NCBI GenBank assembly: GCA_964658025.1
Contig: CAZZXB010000013.1
Span: 1-33,491 of the forward strand
Reading direction: 5' to 3'
Length of the DNA stretch: 33,491 nt
Source of the DNA: an uncultured Janthinobacterium sp.
GTDB taxonomy: Bacteria; Vulcanimicrobiota; Vulcanimicrobiia; Vulcanimicrobiales; Vulcanimicrobiaceae
The notes under the pieces were generated by a model. The model saw nothing but the letters and a program-made list of their open reading frames with translations. It was not told where the DNA came from and made no database searches. Of the stretch, positions 1 to 9,434 are shown piece by piece (position 1 is the stretch's first letter; each line of letters starts with the position of its first letter). The translations under genes were made by a program, and so were the position numbers.

Positions 1-457
1 AGCGCGCCGCGGCGAGGAGGCGCTCCGCGCGCGACCGACCGCGCTGGGCATCGCCCGCCGTCTGTCGCAGGACCGACCGCATCGGGACGCCGCTCGCGTC
101 GGCGAGCGCGCGCGCGAGCCGGACGCCCTGATCGAATCCGCGCTCGCGTCGCCGCGACGCGGTCGTCGTCACGGGAACGATCGCATCCGCGCGCGCGAGC
201 GCGACGACGTCGCGACCGAACGCGCCGAGACACCCCGCGAGCGCGTCGCCGACGTCGCGCCGGCCGCCCTTGTAGCGCAAGATCGCGCGCCGCAGCGCGC
301 CGTCGTACGCGCCCGACGACGCGACGTCGAGCGTTCCGGTCCGCCGCGTCGTCGGCGCGAGCGAGGCGCGACAACGCGCGCAGAACGGACCGTCGCGACC
401 GTCGCACCCGGCGCACGTCGCGGGGAAAAGCGCGCCGAGCGCGAGCGAAACGAACAC
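1..457 (-). CDS. comF: ComF family protein (double zinc ribbon + phosphoribosyltransferase-like), 3' end outside window
   Basis: Not in the ORF track. Manual translation from GTG at 457 (GGAG upstream): MFVSLALGALFPATCAGCDGRDGPFCARC...AYDGALRRAILRYK...IVPVTTTASRRRERGFDQ...DAQRGRSRAER. Two CxxC pairs and the RGF(N/D)Q motif are typical of ComF. Confidence 0.88.
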   Translation of the reverse strand, partial: MFVSLALGALFPATCAGCDGRDGPFCARCRASLAPTTRRTGTLDVASSGAYDGALRRAILRYKGGRRDVGDALAGCLGAFGRDVVALARADAIVPVTTTASRRRERGFDQGVRLARALADASGVPMRSVLRQTAGDAQRGRSRAERLLAAAR

Positions 458-507
458 GCCCGCTCCGTCGCGACGCCGGAACGTCGCGACAAGCGGCGAT
501 CGGGCGA

Positions 508-1410
508 TCAGAACAAAAAGCGTCGTCGCGGTTGCGGCCGGATGCTCGGAAGGACGAGCGGGAGCGATACGGGCGCGAGCCCCGCGACCGTGCCGATCCG
601 ACGATCGGGACGATCGCGCCACGCGCGCGCGCGCACGCCCGAAACGCGGTCGATCGTCGCGGCGCGAAACGCGAGCCTCGCCGGATGCGTCGGACGCGCG
701 ACGACGTTCGCGCGCGGAACCGCGACCTTCGCGATCCGCGTCGGCCGTGTCGATGTCGCGGACGGAAACGCTACGCCGCGTCCCTTCGCGACCCGCGTCG
801 GCCGCATCGACGTCGCCGACGGAAAAGCGAGGCCGCGGTGGTTCGCGATCCGCGTCGGCCGTGTCGATGTCGTGGACCGAGATGCGGCGCCGCGACCGTT
901 CGCAGTTTTCGACGCGCCGGCGGGCGACGACGCGTGCGTCGTTCGAATCGAAGCGACGGGCGGAAAGGAAGCGGCGCTCGGCGCGTGCGTCCGCGGGCGC
1001 GACGGCGTCGCATGCGCGCGAACGCCCGTGCCCGACCCGTGCGCCCGCGATCTCACGATCGACTCGCGAGCGACGGTCGTTCCGCTCGCTTCGTTCGCCC
1101 CGCGTGCTTCGGGACGCCGCGCCGCGAGCGCCGCCGACGTCGCATCGCGGTCGGGTTGCGCGCGCGCACGACGGTCCGCACGAGGCACGCGCACGGTCGC
1201 GCGGGCGGCACGACCCGAGCGTTCGTGCGAGCGCGATGCGACGTCGGCGAGCGCCGGAAGATGCGAGACGGGCGCGGTCGCGTGACCGATCGCGGCCGCC
1301 GACAAACCGAGGCCGAGCGCGAACAGCACGCCTTCGAGCGCGCGCTCGCGCAAGCGCGCGAATCCGAGTCGCGCACGCGCACGCGGATGCGCGTGGTCCG
1401 AACCGTCCAC
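508..1410 (-). CDS. Hypothetical protein: N-terminal hydrophobic helix, then Ala/Arg/Thr/Ser-rich low-complexity region with 19-aa repeats
   Basis: Fills the gap between two minus-strand genes; GTG at 1410; hydrophobic GVLFALGLGLSAAAIG; in-frame 57-bp repeats. No recognisable domain. Confidence 0.5.
   Translation of the reverse strand: MDGSDHAHPRARARLGFARLRERALEGVLFALGLGLSAAAIGHATAPVSHLPALADVASRSHERSGRAARATVRVPRADRRARAQPDRDATSAALAARRPEARGANEASGTTVARESIVRSRAHGSGTGVRAHATPSRPRTHAPSAASFPPVASIRTTHASSPAGASKTANGRGAASRSTTSTRPTRIANHRGLAFPSATSMRPTRVAKGRGVAFPSATSTRPTRIAKVAVPRANVVARPTHPARLAFRAATIDRVSGVRARAWRDRPDRRIGTVAGLAPVSLPLVLPSIRPQPRRRFLF
728..905. repeat. Imperfect 57-bp tandem repeat, 3 units plus a partial fourth
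   Basis: TTCGCGA(T/C)CCGCGTCGGCCG... starts at 728, 785 and 842; TTCGC starts again at 899. Confidence 0.9.
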
Positions 1411-1447
1411 GCCCGGAGAGTGCCCCGCCGCCGGCGATTCGGACGCG

Positions 1448-2491
1448 TTACGCCTGTGCCGACTGCGCCTTTTGCGGTTCGTTCGCGACGATCGCACCGT
1501 CGAGCGCGACGCCCGGCTCGACGACGTAATCGATCCCGACGATGCTCCCCGTCAGGCGTGCGCCCGCGCCGACGCGCGCGCGATCCCACACGATCGATGC
1601 GTCGATCGTCGTGCCCGCGCCGACCTCGACGCCGTCGCCGACGACGCTCGGTCCGACGATCCGCGTGCCGTCGCCGATCGTGCTCCCCGAACCGACGCGC
1701 ACGTCGCCTTCGAAACGGACGTCGGTACCGACGATCGCGTCCTCCGCGACGCCCGTCGCCCGCGCGTCGCCGAGCAGCCGGATCTTCCCCGCGAGCACGT
1801 CGTTCGTCGCCTGACGGTATTCGCCGGGCGTCCCGATATCGACCCAGTATCCGCCGAGTTCGAGACCGTAGAACGCGGCCGACTCGGCTTGCAGTTCCGG
1901 AAAGACGTTCTTACCGAAATCGTAGAAGGCGCCGGCCGGAATGCGTCCGAGGATCTCCGGTTCGAAGACGTAGATGCCCGTGTTCACGAGCTTCGAGCGC
2001 TCGGTTCCCGCCGGCGGTTTCTCTTGGAATTCGACGATCCGGCCCGACCCGTCGCAGACCACGACGCCGTACTGCGAGACGTCCTCTTCCGTTACGAGCG
2101 CGATCGTCGCGACCGCGGCGCGTTTGCGATGGAACGCGATCAACTCGTCGAGCGGGAGATCCGTGAGCCCGTCGCACCCGACGACGACGAACGTGTCGCC
2201 CGCGAGAAAGTCTTCCATCTGCTTGACCGCGCCGGCGCTTCCGAGCAACACGTCCTCGTGCAAGTACCGTAACTTCACGCCGTACTGCGACCCGTCGCCG
2301 AACGCATCGACGATCTTGTCGGCGAGGTAGTGGACGTTGATCGCCACGTCCTCGATGCCGTTGGCCGCGAGATAGCGCATCACGTGACCGCTGTTGGGGA
2401 TGCCCGCGATCGGGACGAGCGGTTTCGGCACTTGCTTCGTCAGCGGATAGAGCCTCGTGCTCATGCCGCCGGCGAGGATCATCGCTTTCAA
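1448..2491 (-). CDS. NDP-sugar pyrophosphorylase (mannose-1-phosphate guanylyltransferase-like) with hexapeptide C-terminus
   Basis: TTG start with GGAGG RBS; KAMILAGGMSTRLYPLTKQVPKPL, FQEKP, VNTGIY, YWVDIG; left-handed beta-helix repeats. Confidence 0.9.
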   Translation of the reverse strand: MKAMILAGGMSTRLYPLTKQVPKPLVPIAGIPNSGHVMRYLAANGIEDVAINVHYLADKIVDAFGDGSQYGVKLRYLHEDVLLGSAGAVKQMEDFLAGDTFVVVGCDGLTDLPLDELIAFHRKRAAVATIALVTEEDVSQYGVVVCDGSGRIVEFQEKPPAGTERSKLVNTGIYVFEPEILGRIPAGAFYDFGKNVFPELQAESAAFYGLELGGYWVDIGTPGEYRQATNDVLAGKIRLLGDARATGVAEDAIVGTDVRFEGDVRVGSGSTIGDGTRIVGPSVVGDGVEVGAGTTIDASIVWDRARVGAGARLTGSIVGIDYVVEPGVALDGAIVANEPQKAQSAQA

Positions 2492-3237
2492 GAAAACCTC
2501 CGAGCAGGGGGATGGAGCACGCGTTCGCGGAGCGCGAGCCAAACGAAGTACGGCAGGGCGAGTTGGCGGCGGAAGCGAGCGGGCTCGAGCAAGAGCCGAT
2601 GCAGCCATTCGAGATTGAGTCGCCGCCAGAGCTTCGGGGCGCGCCGGACGGTCCCCGCGAGCACGTCGAAGGAGCCGCCGACGCCGATGCCGACCGCGCA
2701 TCCCGTCTCCGCGAGACGCGTCGCGACGAATCGCTCCTGACGCGGCGACCCGAGCCCGACGAAGAGCACGTTCGCGCCGCTCGCCGCGATCGCGGCCGCG
2801 ACCGCGGGCTCCTCGTCCGGGGCGAAGTACCCGTCGCGCGCGCCCGCGATGCGCAGACCGGGGACGCGCGCGCGGAGCGTCTCCGCGGCACGCGCGGCCG
2901 TGTCGCCCTTCGCGCCGAGCAGGTAGATCGAGCGGTCCGCCGCCGCGAGTGCGACGCATAGCGGCTCGATGAGATCGACGCCCGCCACCCTTCCCGCAAC
3001 CGTCGCGCCGCGCGAACGCGCCGCGAGCACGACGCCGATCGTATCGCAGAGCGAGAGCGCGCTTCCGTTGACGATCGCGCGAAACGCGGGATCGCGCTGG
3101 GCGTGAACGATCATCTCGGTTCCGAGCGTCACGACGAGCGACGGCCGATCGCCGCGCGCGAGCGCGACGATCCGCGCGACCGCCTCGCGCGCGTCCGCCG
3201 TATCGACGCGACAACCGAGTACCGCGACGCTCTCCAC
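2488..3237 (-). CDS. WecB/TagA/CpsF family glycosyltransferase
   Basis: RVAGVDL, IYLLGAK, RDGYF, LFVGLGSPRQE, GVGGSFDVLAG.VRRAP, LEWLHRL motifs. Confidence 0.93.
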   Translation of the reverse strand: MESVAVLGCRVDTADAREAVARIVALARGDRPSLVVTLGTEMIVHAQRDPAFRAIVNGSALSLCDTIGVVLAARSRGATVAGRVAGVDLIEPLCVALAAADRSIYLLGAKGDTAARAAETLRARVPGLRIAGARDGYFAPDEEPAVAAAIAASGANVLFVGLGSPRQERFVATRLAETGCAVGIGVGGSFDVLAGTVRRAPKLWRRLNLEWLHRLLLEPARFRRQLALPYFVWLALRERVLHPPARRFS

Positions 3238-3238
3238 G

Positions 3239-4162
3239 TTAACGGAGGACGGCGGTTTCGCGCACCCGCTCGCGATAGGGTGCGAGTAACGGGCGCAGGC
3301 GCGTCGCGAGATCGTCCGGCATCTCGCCGAGCGGCGACCGGCACGGACCGAGTCCGAAGCCGAGTTCGTTCATCGCCCATTTGATCGGGATCGGGCTCGT
3401 CGTCGCGAAGAGCGCGGCGAAGAGTTCGCCGAGTCCGAGATGCGCGCGCGCGGCGCTCGCGACGTCGCCGCGCGAGAAAGAATCGTGCATCGCGCGCAGC
3501 TCGCGCGCGCAGAGGTGGCCCGCGACGCTGATGAGGCCGTCGGCGCCGAGCGCGAGCGACGGAAGGAAGAGATGATCGTCGCCGCACCAGAACGCGAAAT
3601 CGCTCGGTCGGTCGCGCAAGATCGCGGCGAATTGCGCGAAATCGCCGCTCGATTCTTTGACGCCGGCGATCGTACGATGTCGGCGCGCGAGTTCGAGGAT
3701 CGTGCCCGGCAACATGTTCGCACCCGTCCGACCGGGGATGTTGTAGACGACGATCGGAAGTCGCGTCGCCTCCGCGAGCGTACCGAAATGCCGGAGCATG
3801 CCGTCCTGCGTCGGTTTCGAATAATACGGGACGACCGCCAAGATCGCGTCGACGCCGGCCGCTTCGGCACGGGCGGAGAGCGCGACGGAATGATGCGTGT
3901 TGCCTCCGCCCGTCCCCGCGACGACCGCGGCGCGATCGCCGACGGCCTCCTTGACGGTCGCGAAGAGCGCGAGCTTCTCGTCGTCCTCGAGCGCGATCGA
4001 TTCGCCGGTCGAGCCGCCGACGACGATCCCCGTGTTGCCCTCGTCGACGAGAAATCGTGCGAGCCGCGCCGTCGCGGCACGATCGACCGCGCCGCGCGCG
4101 TCGAACGGCGTGAGCATCGCGGTGAGCAGCGGCCCGAGATTCGGCGCGCGGAGCTCGCTCAT
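3239..4162 (-). CDS. dapA: 4-hydroxy-tetrahydrodipicolinate synthase
   Basis: TAMLTPF, GSTGES, VPYYSKP, YNIPGRTG, GVKESSG; ATG at 4162 overlaps the aspartokinase stop. Confidence 0.95.
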   Translation of the reverse strand: MSELRAPNLGPLLTAMLTPFDARGAVDRAATARLARFLVDEGNTGIVVGGSTGESIALEDDEKLALFATVKEAVGDRAAVVAGTGGGNTHHSVALSARAEAAGVDAILAVVPYYSKPTQDGMLRHFGTLAEATRLPIVVYNIPGRTGANMLPGTILELARRHRTIAGVKESSGDFAQFAAILRDRPSDFAFWCGDDHLFLPSLALGADGLISVAGHLCARELRAMHDSFSRGDVASAARAHLGLGELFAALFATTSPIPIKWAMNELGFGLGPCRSPLGEMPDDLATRLRPLLAPYRERVRETAVLR

Positions 4163-5400
4163 CGCGGCGGCCCCGCGGCCATCTCGGGCGGCGACGCCTG
4201 CCGCCCCAAGCGGAAGCGATCGTGGATCGCCTGTTCCGCGCGCGCGACGTCTTCCTCGGGGACGAGCGCCGAGATCGTGATGTTCGAATCGGTCGTATGG
4301 ATGATCTCGATCTCCGCATCCGAGAGCGCCTGCACCACGCGATACATCACGCCCGACACGCCGCGCATCCCCGCGCCGACGATCGAGAGCTTCGCGCAGT
4401 GCGCGCGCATCCGGATCGCCATGTTGAGCCCGGAGAGTTCGGCGCGGACCGTATCGATCTGATTGCCGTCGATGAGAAAGAACACGCCCGCGTTGTTGAC
4501 GTTGATCATGTCGACCGAGACGTCGGCCTCCGCGAGGCGCCGGAAGATGTTCACCTCGAGTTCGCGACGGCGCACCACGTCGTCGATGTCGCCTTGGATC
4601 ACGCGCACGAACGTCACGTCGCGAAGCGAGGTGATCCCGGTGACGGGATGGATGCGATCGGGCGTATGGCCTTCGTCGATCGTCGTCCCGAAATTCGAAC
4701 GGAGGCCCTTGATGACGTACGGCGTTTCGGAGAGACGCGCGAGATCGGCCGCCTTCGCGTGCATCACCTTCGCGCCGTCGGATGCGAGTTCGACCATCTC
4801 CGAATAATTCACGCGATCGAGCGCGTGCGCGCCGGCGATCCGACGCGGATCGCCCGTCATCACGCCGCTGACGTCGGTGAAGATCTCGACCGATTCCGAA
4901 TCGAGCGCCTCGCCGAGCGCGATCGCGGAGAGATCGCTCCCGCCGCGACCGAGCGTCGTCACCGCGCCGTCTTCGGTCATGCCCTGGAACCCCGTGACGA
5001 CCGGGATGATCCCGCGTTCGAGCAACGCGAGCACGTTGCGCGGTTCGACGCGGAGGATCTTCGCGTCGCCGAAGCGCGCGTCGGTGACGAAGCCCGCCTG
5101 ACCGCCCGTCATCGCCTGCGCGTCGGCGCCCCACGAGGTGAGCAATTCGGCGAAGATCGCGCACGACATCGCCTCGCCGCACGACAACAACAGATCGCGA
5201 TTGGGACCGCCGCGCGACGGTCCGAGCAACGCGAGGAGCGAATCGGTCGCGTACGGATCGGGCGCGCGTCCGATCGCGGAACACACGACGACGGGCGACG
5301 CACCGCGTTGCCGCGCTTCGAGGACGCGCGATGCCGCGATCTCGCGAAGCTCGGGCGTGGCGAGCGAACTGCCGCCGAATTTCTGCACGATCGTCTTCAC
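4159..5400 (-). CDS. dapG: Aspartate kinase (DapG-like) with ACT domains
   Basis: GTG start; IVQKFGGSSL, PYATDSLL, TTLGRGGSDLSA, FTDVSGVMTGDPR, KLSIVGAGMRG; lies between asd and dapA as in Bacillus. Confidence 0.9.
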   Translation of the reverse strand: MKTIVQKFGGSSLATPELREIAASRVLEARQRGASPVVVCSAIGRAPDPYATDSLLALLGPSRGGPNRDLLLSCGEAMSCAIFAELLTSWGADAQAMTGGQAGFVTDARFGDAKILRVEPRNVLALLERGIIPVVTGFQGMTEDGAVTTLGRGGSDLSAIALGEALDSESVEIFTDVSGVMTGDPRRIAGAHALDRVNYSEMVELASDGAKVMHAKAADLARLSETPYVIKGLRSNFGTTIDEGHTPDRIHPVTGITSLRDVTFVRVIQGDIDDVVRRRELEVNIFRRLAEADVSVDMINVNNAGVFFLIDGNQIDTVRAELSGLNMAIRMRAHCAKLSIVGAGMRGVSGVMYRVVQALSDAEIEIIHTTDSNITISALVPEEDVARAEQAIHDRFRLGRQASPPEMAAGPPR

Positions 5401-6422
5401 GATCCCGCGACCTCGCGCGCGCGCAGACGACCGGAGGCGATCAATAATTCCAAGATCTGCACGCCGTTCGTCGCCGCGCCCTTGCGGACTTGATCGCCGA
5501 CGACCCAGAGTTGGAAGTGCCGCGGCGACCCGCTCTCGGAACGCAGACGCGCGACGTGGACGAGATCTTGGCCCTCGACGTCGCGCGGCGTGACGACGCC
5601 CGTCCGGTGGAACGCGACGCCCGGCGCGCTCGCGAGCGCCGCCGCGAGTTCGTCCGTCGTCGCGTCGCGTTCGGTTTCGAGGAAGACGGCTTCGCTGTGG
5701 GCGTAACGGACCGGAACGCGCACGGTCGTCGCCGCGACGTGGAGCGCCGGTAAGCCGAGCATCTTGCGCGTCTCCGCGGCGATCTTCAGCTCTTCGCCCG
5801 TGTCGCCCGCGGCGTCGAACGAACCGATCTGCGGCACGACGTTGCGGAAGATCGGTGCGACGAACGGCGTCGCGGTCGCCGCGGACGGGACGTCCGCGAG
5901 CGACGCGTGCTCCTCGTCCGCGAGCGCGTCGAGCCCGGCGCGTCCGGCGCCGCTCACGGCCTGATACGTCGCGACGCGCAGACTCCGCAGTCCCGCGACG
6001 CGCGCGATCGGCGCGACGCCGACGCAGAGCACGATCGCGGTGCAGTTCGCGACGGGAAAGAGGCGGTGCCCGTCGCGCACGTGGTGCGGATTGACTTCGG
6101 GGACGACGAGCGGCACGTCGTCGCGCAGACGAAAGGTCGCGCTGTTGTCGATGACGATCGCGCCGGACTCGACCGCGGCCTCGGCGAGTTCGGCGCTCGC
6201 GTCGTCGCTCGACGCGAAGAACACGACGTCGTACGCGCCCGCGCGCAGCGCCCGCGCCGTCGCCGCGCGGATCGGCCACGCGCGTCCGCGGTACGCGAGC
6301 GTCTCGTCGCGATCGCGCGAGGCGAACGCTCCGAGTTCGGCGACGTCGAGCGCGCGCTCGTCGAGAACGCGCAGGATCGTCTGCCCCACCACGCCCGTCA
6401 CGCCGACGACGGCTACCTTCAC
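5397..6422 (-). CDS. asd: Aspartate-semialdehyde dehydrogenase
   Basis: VAVVGVTGVVG, IDNSATFR, VPLVVPEVN, ANCT, TYQAVSGAG, RVPV..AHSE, DQVRKGAATN. Confidence 0.96.
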   Translation of the reverse strand: MKVAVVGVTGVVGQTILRVLDERALDVAELGAFASRDRDETLAYRGRAWPIRAATARALRAGAYDVVFFASSDDASAELAEAAVESGAIVIDNSATFRLRDDVPLVVPEVNPHHVRDGHRLFPVANCTAIVLCVGVAPIARVAGLRSLRVATYQAVSGAGRAGLDALADEEHASLADVPSAATATPFVAPIFRNVVPQIGSFDAAGDTGEELKIAAETRKMLGLPALHVAATTVRVPVRYAHSEAVFLETERDATTDELAAALASAPGVAFHRTGVVTPRDVEGQDLVHVARLRSESGSPRHFQLWVVGDQVRKGAATNGVQILELLIASGRLRAREVAGS

Positions 6423-7162
6423 GACATCTCTCCCAAAAACGAATCGAGTCCGACGACGAGACCCTTGCGGTCGCGTATCTTCCGCACCGCGAGCAAAACG
6501 CCCGTCATGAACGAACTCCGCGCGAGCGAATCGTGCCGGATCGTGAGCACTTCGCCCTCGCCGCCGAAAAGAATCTCCTCGTGCGCGACGAGGCCGCGCA
6601 AACGGACGCTGTGGATGACGACCTCGGCACCGTCGCCGCGCGCCGCCACGATACGCGCGGCCGTCGCCTTCGCCGTCCCGCTCGGCGCGTCGCGCTTACC
6701 GTCGTGATGGAGTTCCACGATCTCGACCGTCGGAAAGAGCCGCGCCGCCTGTTCCGCGAAGCGCATCGCGAGGACGGCACCGAGGGCGAAGTTGGCGACG
6801 AGCGCGGCGCCGACGCCACGCGATTCGCAGCGCGACGCGAGCGCCGCGCGTTCGTCGTCCGACCATCCCGTCGCGCCGATCACGGGCGAGATGCCGCGCT
6901 CGACCGTCGCGCGCGCCACGTCGAGCGTCGTCGGATGCACGGTGAAGTCGACGACGACGTCGGGCTTCGCGTCGTCGCAGAGCGCGTCGATATCGTCGTA
7001 GAGCGGGCCCGCATCGCGCGGCAACGCGAGAACGCTCGCGAGCGATTCGCCCGCGCGCGAGCGCGCGAATCCTCCGACGAGTTCGAGATCCCGCGTGGCG
7101 ACGATCGCCGCGCAGGTCTCGCGTCCCATCCGTCCGAGCGCGCCCGCGACCGCGACCCTCAC
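6419..7162 (-). CDS. dapB: 4-hydroxy-tetrahydrodipicolinate reductase
   Basis: VAGALGRMG, VVDFT, IGATG, ELHHDGKRDAPSGTA, HSVRL.G.VAH, IRHDS. Confidence 0.96.
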   Translation of the reverse strand: MRVAVAGALGRMGRETCAAIVATRDLELVGGFARSRAGESLASVLALPRDAGPLYDDIDALCDDAKPDVVVDFTVHPTTLDVARATVERGISPVIGATGWSDDERAALASRCESRGVGAALVANFALGAVLAMRFAEQAARLFPTVEIVELHHDGKRDAPSGTAKATAARIVAARGDGAEVVIHSVRLRGLVAHEEILFGGEGEVLTIRHDSLARSSFMTGVLLAVRKIRDRKGLVVGLDSFLGEMS

Positions 7163-7203
7163 GGCGACGACGCGCTAACGCGCTCGCTTCGCAGCGGTCG
7201 CGA

Positions 7204-9372
7204 CTACGACAGAACCTTTTCGAGCGGCGCGTATTTGAGCATGACCATCTTCTCGCCGACGTTGGGGAACATGATCGTGAGCAACCCGTCGCCGCCCGCG
7301 CCCGAAACCGCCGAGACGAGCCCCTCGCCCCACTTCGGATGCTTCACGCGATCGCCGACCTCGAGACCGAGGCTCACGCCCGCGCCCGCGGTCTCGTGGA
7401 TCGCGACCTCGCGCCAACGACCGCCCGCCGGACGGGGCATCGGCGTGACGTTGCCGATCACCTCGACGCTCGGCATCTCGTCGAGAAAGCGCGATTTCGG
7501 ATGCGCGAACGTGTTGCCGAACAGCGTGCGCCGCATCGCGTACGAGAGGAAGAGCCGATCCATCGCGCGCGTCAGGCCGACGTAGGCGAGACGGCGCTCC
7601 TCTTCGAGTTCGGTCATGTCGGTCAGCGCGCGATTGTGCGGGAACACGCCGTCCTCGAGCCCGGTGAGGAAGACGACCGGGAACTCGAGCCCCTTCGCCG
7701 CGTGCATCGTCATGAGCGTGACGAACGACGCCGTGGGATCGAGCGTATCGAGATCGCTCACGAGCGCGACGTTCGCGAGGAAGTCGTCGAGCGTTCCGGG
7801 CGTCGCTTCGTGCGCTTCGAACTCTTTGGCCACCGTGACGAGTTCTTGGAGATTCTCCAAGCGCGTCCGGGCGTCTGCGGTATCCTCGCCCTGGAGTTCG
7901 CGGATGTAGCCCGACTCTTCCATGACGGCGACGAGCAGATCGGAGACCGATAACTTCTCCGCACTCTCGCGCAGGCTCGCGATGAGATCGGCGAAGCGCT
8001 CGAGTTCGCGTTGTTTTTTCGGAACGGCGCGGCGCAGGATCTCTTTGTCGAAGACCGTCTGACCGACCGAGACGCCCGCGGCGTTCGCCGCGTCGACGAG
8101 GCTCGCGAGCGTCTGTTGGCCGATCGAACGGCGCGGGACGTTGACGATCCGGCGGAACGCGACGGCGTCGGAGGGGTTCACGATGTAGCGCAGGTACGCC
8201 ATCATGTCTTTGATCTCGGTGCGCGCGTAGAACCCGACGCCGCCGACGACGCGATAGGGGATGCCCTCGCCGAGGAAGCCCTCTTCGAACACGCGCGATT
8301 GCGCGTTCGTGCGATAGAGCACCATGAAGTCGCGGTACGCCGCGCCCTCGCGGACGAGTTCCTTGATCTTCTCGATGACGTAGCGCGCCTCGGCGCGTTC
8401 GGTCTCGGCGCCGTAGACCGTGACGATCTCGCCCGCCGCGCGATTCGTGAAGAGCTTCTTCTCCGCGCGACCCTGATTGTTCGCGACGAGCTCGTTCGCG
8501 ACGTCGAGGATCGTCTGCGTCGAGCGGTAGTTCTCTTCGAGCTTGAAGACCTTCGCGCCCGGAAAGTCTTTCTCGAAGCGCAAGATGTTCTGGTAGTCGC
8601 TCCCGCGCCACGAGTAGATCGACTGATCGTCGTCGCCGACGACCGTGAGATTCTTGTGCTCGTCGGCGAGGAGCGCGCAGAGGCGGTACTGCGCGAAGTT
8701 CACGTCCTGATACTCGTCGACGAGGATGTAGCGGAACTTGTTCTGATAGCGGGTCCGCGTCTCGACGTCGTTCTCGAGCAGTTCGATCGTCTTGGCGATG
8801 AGGTCGTCGAAATCGAGACCGTTGGATTCGCGCAGGCGTCGATCGTATTCGCGATACACCGCGGCGATGCGCTCGCCGAAGAACGACGTGTTCTTCGATT
8901 CGTACGCATCGGGGCCGAGTAACTGGTTCTTCGCCTTTCCGATCTCGTCGAGCGCGGCGCCGGGCGCGATCTGCCGCTCGTCGTAGTTGAGATCGTGCAG
9001 GACGTCGCGGATGATCGAACGCTGATCCGCGTCGTCCATGATCGCGAAGTTCGAAGCGATGCCGATCTTCTTGCCGTCGCGGCGGAGCATCCGGACGCAG
9101 ACCGAGTGGAACGTGCCGACCCAGAGATCCTTCGCCGCGGCGCCGACCATCTTCTCGAGCCGCGACTTCATCTCGCCCGCGGCCTTATTCGTGAACGTCA
9201 CCGCGAGGATCCGGTCCGGGAAGACGTTCTTCTCGTGGAGGAGATACGCGATCCGATGCGTCAGGACGCGCGTCTTCCCGCTTCCGGCGCCCGCGAAAAT
9301 GAGAACCGGGCCATCGGTATGGGTGACGGCCGAGTTCTGGACATCACTAAGTACGTCGGGTTGGACAATCAT
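7204..9372 (-). CDS. pcrA: ATP-dependent DNA helicase PcrA/UvrD
   Basis: AGAGSGKT, TFTNKAA, DEYQD, GDDDQSIY, ENYRS, HAAKGLEF, EERRLAYV; C-terminal Tudor-like VGDRVKHPKWGEG. Start placed at ATG 9372. Confidence 0.96.
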   Translation of the reverse strand: MIVQPDVLSDVQNSAVTHTDGPVLIFAGAGSGKTRVLTHRIAYLLHEKNVFPDRILAVTFTNKAAGEMKSRLEKMVGAAAKDLWVGTFHSVCVRMLRRDGKKIGIASNFAIMDDADQRSIIRDVLHDLNYDERQIAPGAALDEIGKAKNQLLGPDAYESKNTSFFGERIAAVYREYDRRLRESNGLDFDDLIAKTIELLENDVETRTRYQNKFRYILVDEYQDVNFAQYRLCALLADEHKNLTVVGDDDQSIYSWRGSDYQNILRFEKDFPGAKVFKLEENYRSTQTILDVANELVANNQGRAEKKLFTNRAAGEIVTVYGAETERAEARYVIEKIKELVREGAAYRDFMVLYRTNAQSRVFEEGFLGEGIPYRVVGGVGFYARTEIKDMMAYLRYIVNPSDAVAFRRIVNVPRRSIGQQTLASLVDAANAAGVSVGQTVFDKEILRRAVPKKQRELERFADLIASLRESAEKLSVSDLLVAVMEESGYIRELQGEDTADARTRLENLQELVTVAKEFEAHEATPGTLDDFLANVALVSDLDTLDPTASFVTLMTMHAAKGLEFPVVFLTGLEDGVFPHNRALTDMTELEEERRLAYVGLTRAMDRLFLSYAMRRTLFGNTFAHPKSRFLDEMPSVEVIGNVTPMPRPAGGRWREVAIHETAGAGVSLGLEVGDRVKHPKWGEGLVSAVSGAGGDGLLTIMFPNVGEKMVMLKYAPLEKVLS

Positions 9373-9434
9373 CACCCGGTAGTATTCGCTAGCGAGGTCC
9401 GTTCTGCCTCGGACGCTCCGCCCGCCGGTCGTCG

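Noticed and set aside
728..905. 57-bp repeats as a CRISPR array
   Set aside because: Units are contiguous, degenerate and in frame, with no unique spacers and no cas genes.
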